In this document: one piece after another, positions 61,594 through 64,000 of the stretch
Position numbering within the stretch: the first letter of the stretch is position 1
Layout of the letters: each line of letters starts with the position of its first letter
NCBI RefSeq assembly: GCF_032191835.1
Contig: NC_083237.1
Span: 40,176,001-40,240,000, forward strand
Source of the DNA: Heteronotia binoei
Lineage: Eukaryota
DNA: 64,000 nucleotides
Reading direction: 5' to 3'
The notes under the pieces: generated by a model
What the model was told of the DNA's origin: nothing
What the model saw: only the letters and a program-made list of their open reading frames with translations
Databases searched by the model: none
Position numbers and translations under genes: made by a program

Positions 61594-63139
61594 GCCCCCC
61601 CCCCCCCATGTCGGAATAAAGAGTCGGACACAAGGTATTGATACAACTAAGGGCCACTTTATTAAGTATAAGAATAAACATCAAGGGCAAACCAGAACTG
61701 CTACAAAGCCTGGTCAGGGCCAGGGGTCTCAACAGACCACTCCTCTGCCATTAGCGGGCGAGAGACCCAGCCCCGAGCTGGAGCTGTGTGGCACAGTTCC
61801 CACCAGGCCAGCCCAGCAAGGAGGCAAGTCCCAAAGGGCTCAACCACCAGACGCACATCTCAATGGAAGGCACCCTCCAGTCGAGCCTCAAAGGACGGTA
61901 TGCATTCTTCCAACCCGATTCATTATACCCAAAAGTTGATCCTGCCAGACCCCTAAACCCCCAAGAGGGATGCTTTCTGGTCCTCCCCTAGGTGCTCAAT
62001 GCCATAAGCACAGTAAAAACCTGCCACCACTAAGGCCAAGTCTCTACTTAGGCCTTAGCACCCACCGGGAGGCCCAAGGCCACTTGCAGTCCTTGCCAGA
62101 GATCTCTCAAGAAAAGCATATTACTTGTTTCAGAGAGATGCACCCCATCCCCTTTGTAGAGGCCAGAAATATCCAGATGCGGCAGATAGTGGCCCAACCC
62201 CCCTTCTAAAGCTTTCCCAATTTCCTTGTTAGCCTTATAATGGGCCCTCTCAATGCCTGCAGGGTCCCAAGCACATCGCCAAACAAGGCGGGAAATCATG
62301 ACTGACCAGATTATAATGGTAGGCCATCTCTCCTTAATGGCCCAAAAATCACCCCTGGCTTGCAAGACCAACGCCTTCCCTTTTACCAGCCTGAGATCAT
62401 TTCCTCCAAGGTGAATAATTAAAACCTGAGGAGGAGGGCCCGCATACCCCTGGAATAACAATGGCATCAGGCCAGGCCAATGAAGACCCCAGTGCCCACT
62501 CCACTCAATAGTGACCAATTGGTTGAGTCCCAGCTGAGAGCTGACTGAAGTTCTCCGAGCCTGATGTGCAGCCCAAAACACATAACTGTGTCCACAGACG
62601 AGAATTCGGATCCTCTGGCCAGGAACAACAGCATTTAAAAAGAAAAAAAAAACAGTCAAACTAGAAACAATAACTTTAAAATTCATGTACAAACCACACA
62701 CAGTTAGTGATTGAGCAGGGGGAGAACATAGGATTCATAAGCCAATGAGTGCCAATGACCCAGGCGCTAAAAGGTGGATGAAAGATAACCCAGGACAGCG
62801 GCCATAGAGGCTGCCCCAAGTCTAAAGGAGTGGGTACCAAACCGCACCCTGGACAACCCAAACTTAGCTAAAGCCCAAGAAGTCACAGCCTCAAACTGAT
62901 GTTTTTCCAACCGACTGCCATTGAGGTGACAAAATAAAAATCCATCCCTAGGACCACGTACTTCCAAATAGGCAGCCAAAGCGAAAACAGGACTCAACTC
63001 CTGCTCAGAGCATGTGCCCAGCTCCAAAACGGTTCCTTTGTGACGCTGGTCAGTCTTAGAGCATCGAACGTTGATGACCACCTTACTCTTCACTAACCAC
63101 AGGTCCTGTAGCAACAAAGCCCTACCAAAAACGTCATTT
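61594..63139 (-). mobile_element. YR retrotransposon 3' part (3' UTR, SGNH 62048-62634, YR C-terminus)
   Basis: Terminus TTT|gccccc…gtcggaataaaga, then RILVCGHSYVFWA…HLGGNDL…DGVHLSE and FGTHSFRLGAAS. Confidence 0.88.
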
Positions 63140-64000
63140 GCCCCCCAAGTCAGAATGAAGAGTCGGACACAAGGTGTTGGTATAACTATGGGCCACTTTA
63201 TTAAACATAATGATAAAAACGACAAGGGCACCCAAAAGTGCAGCCTGGTCAGGGCTAGGGGTCTCAACAGACCACTCCCCTGCCATTCACGGGCTAGAGA
63301 CCCAGCCCCCAGCAGGAGCTGTGTGACACAGCTCCCACCAGGCCAGCCCAGCAAGGAGGCATGCCCCAGAAGGCCCAGCAACCAGACACATGTCTCAGTG
63401 GAAGGCACCCTCTAGTCAAGCCTCCAGGACAGTCTGCATTTTCCCCACCCCAGGTCATCAAATCTAACGGTTGATTATGCCAGACCCCTAACTCCCCAAA
63501 AGCGGGATGCTTCACGGTCCTCCCCTATCCGCATAGTACCATAAACCCAGTAAAAACTGCCACTACTAAGGCCTTACTCTACTTAGGGCTTAGCACCCAC
63601 TGGGAGGCCCAAGTCAACCCACAGCCTTTGCCGGAGATCTCTCAAGAAAAGCAATTCTAAAGAAGTGGGTACCAAACCGCACCCCGGACAACCCCAGCTT
63701 AGCTAAAGCCCGGGACGTCACAGCCCCAAACTGATGTTTAGTTAGTGGGCTATCATTAATGTGACAAAACAAAAACCCCTCCTTGGGCCCCCAAACTGCC
63801 AAATAAGCAGCCAAAGCGGATACTGGGCACAACTCAAGCTCAGAGCAGGTGCCCAGCTCCAAACACGGTACCTTTTTGAAGCTGGTCCGTCTTAGAGCAA
63901 CAGACGTTAATGACCACCTTATCCCCTACTAACGTCAAGTCCTGTAGCAACAACGCATTACCAGAAACATCATTTCTGGAACCTGCCACTAGCTCATTGA
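63140..64000 (-). mobile_element. YR retrotransposon nested in the YR gene of the previous copy; SGNH region deleted; runs off the window
   Basis: Terminus cgtcaTTT|gccccccaagtcagaatgaaga. The 3' UTR parallels 61594-62117, then jumps at about 63653 directly to YR sequence. Confidence 0.85.

Overview
Squamate (probably gecko) genomic DNA: a same-strand cluster of OR12D-like olfactory receptor genes embedded in dense, partly young transposable elements. There are four intact single-coding-exon ORs (5608-6549, 39710-40648, 49637-50578, 55923-56861), one young paralogue destroyed by two adjacent retroelement insertions (13391-24047) and at least one older pseudogene. Mobile elements include five members of an Ngaro-like tyrosine-recombinase (YR) retrotransposon group carrying an SGNH hydrolase, a recent Ty1/copia element with an open Gag-PR-IN ORF but no RT/RNase H, three solo LTRs, L2, CR1 and L1-like LINEs, tRNA- and 5S-derived SINEs, and hAT and palindromic MITEs. 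Three signals stand out. (1) A splice donor inside YR-element gag and a splice acceptor just before the SGNH domain are conserved and in phase in diverged copies, predicting a spliced Gag-N/esterase fusion protein. (2) The RT-less copia has eroded RT and RNase H stubs, implying a long-lived trans-mobilised lineage. (3) The YR elements have conserved termini and a 452-bp mini derivative but no terminal repeats that I could detect. All calls were made by eye; no database search or alignment program was run.
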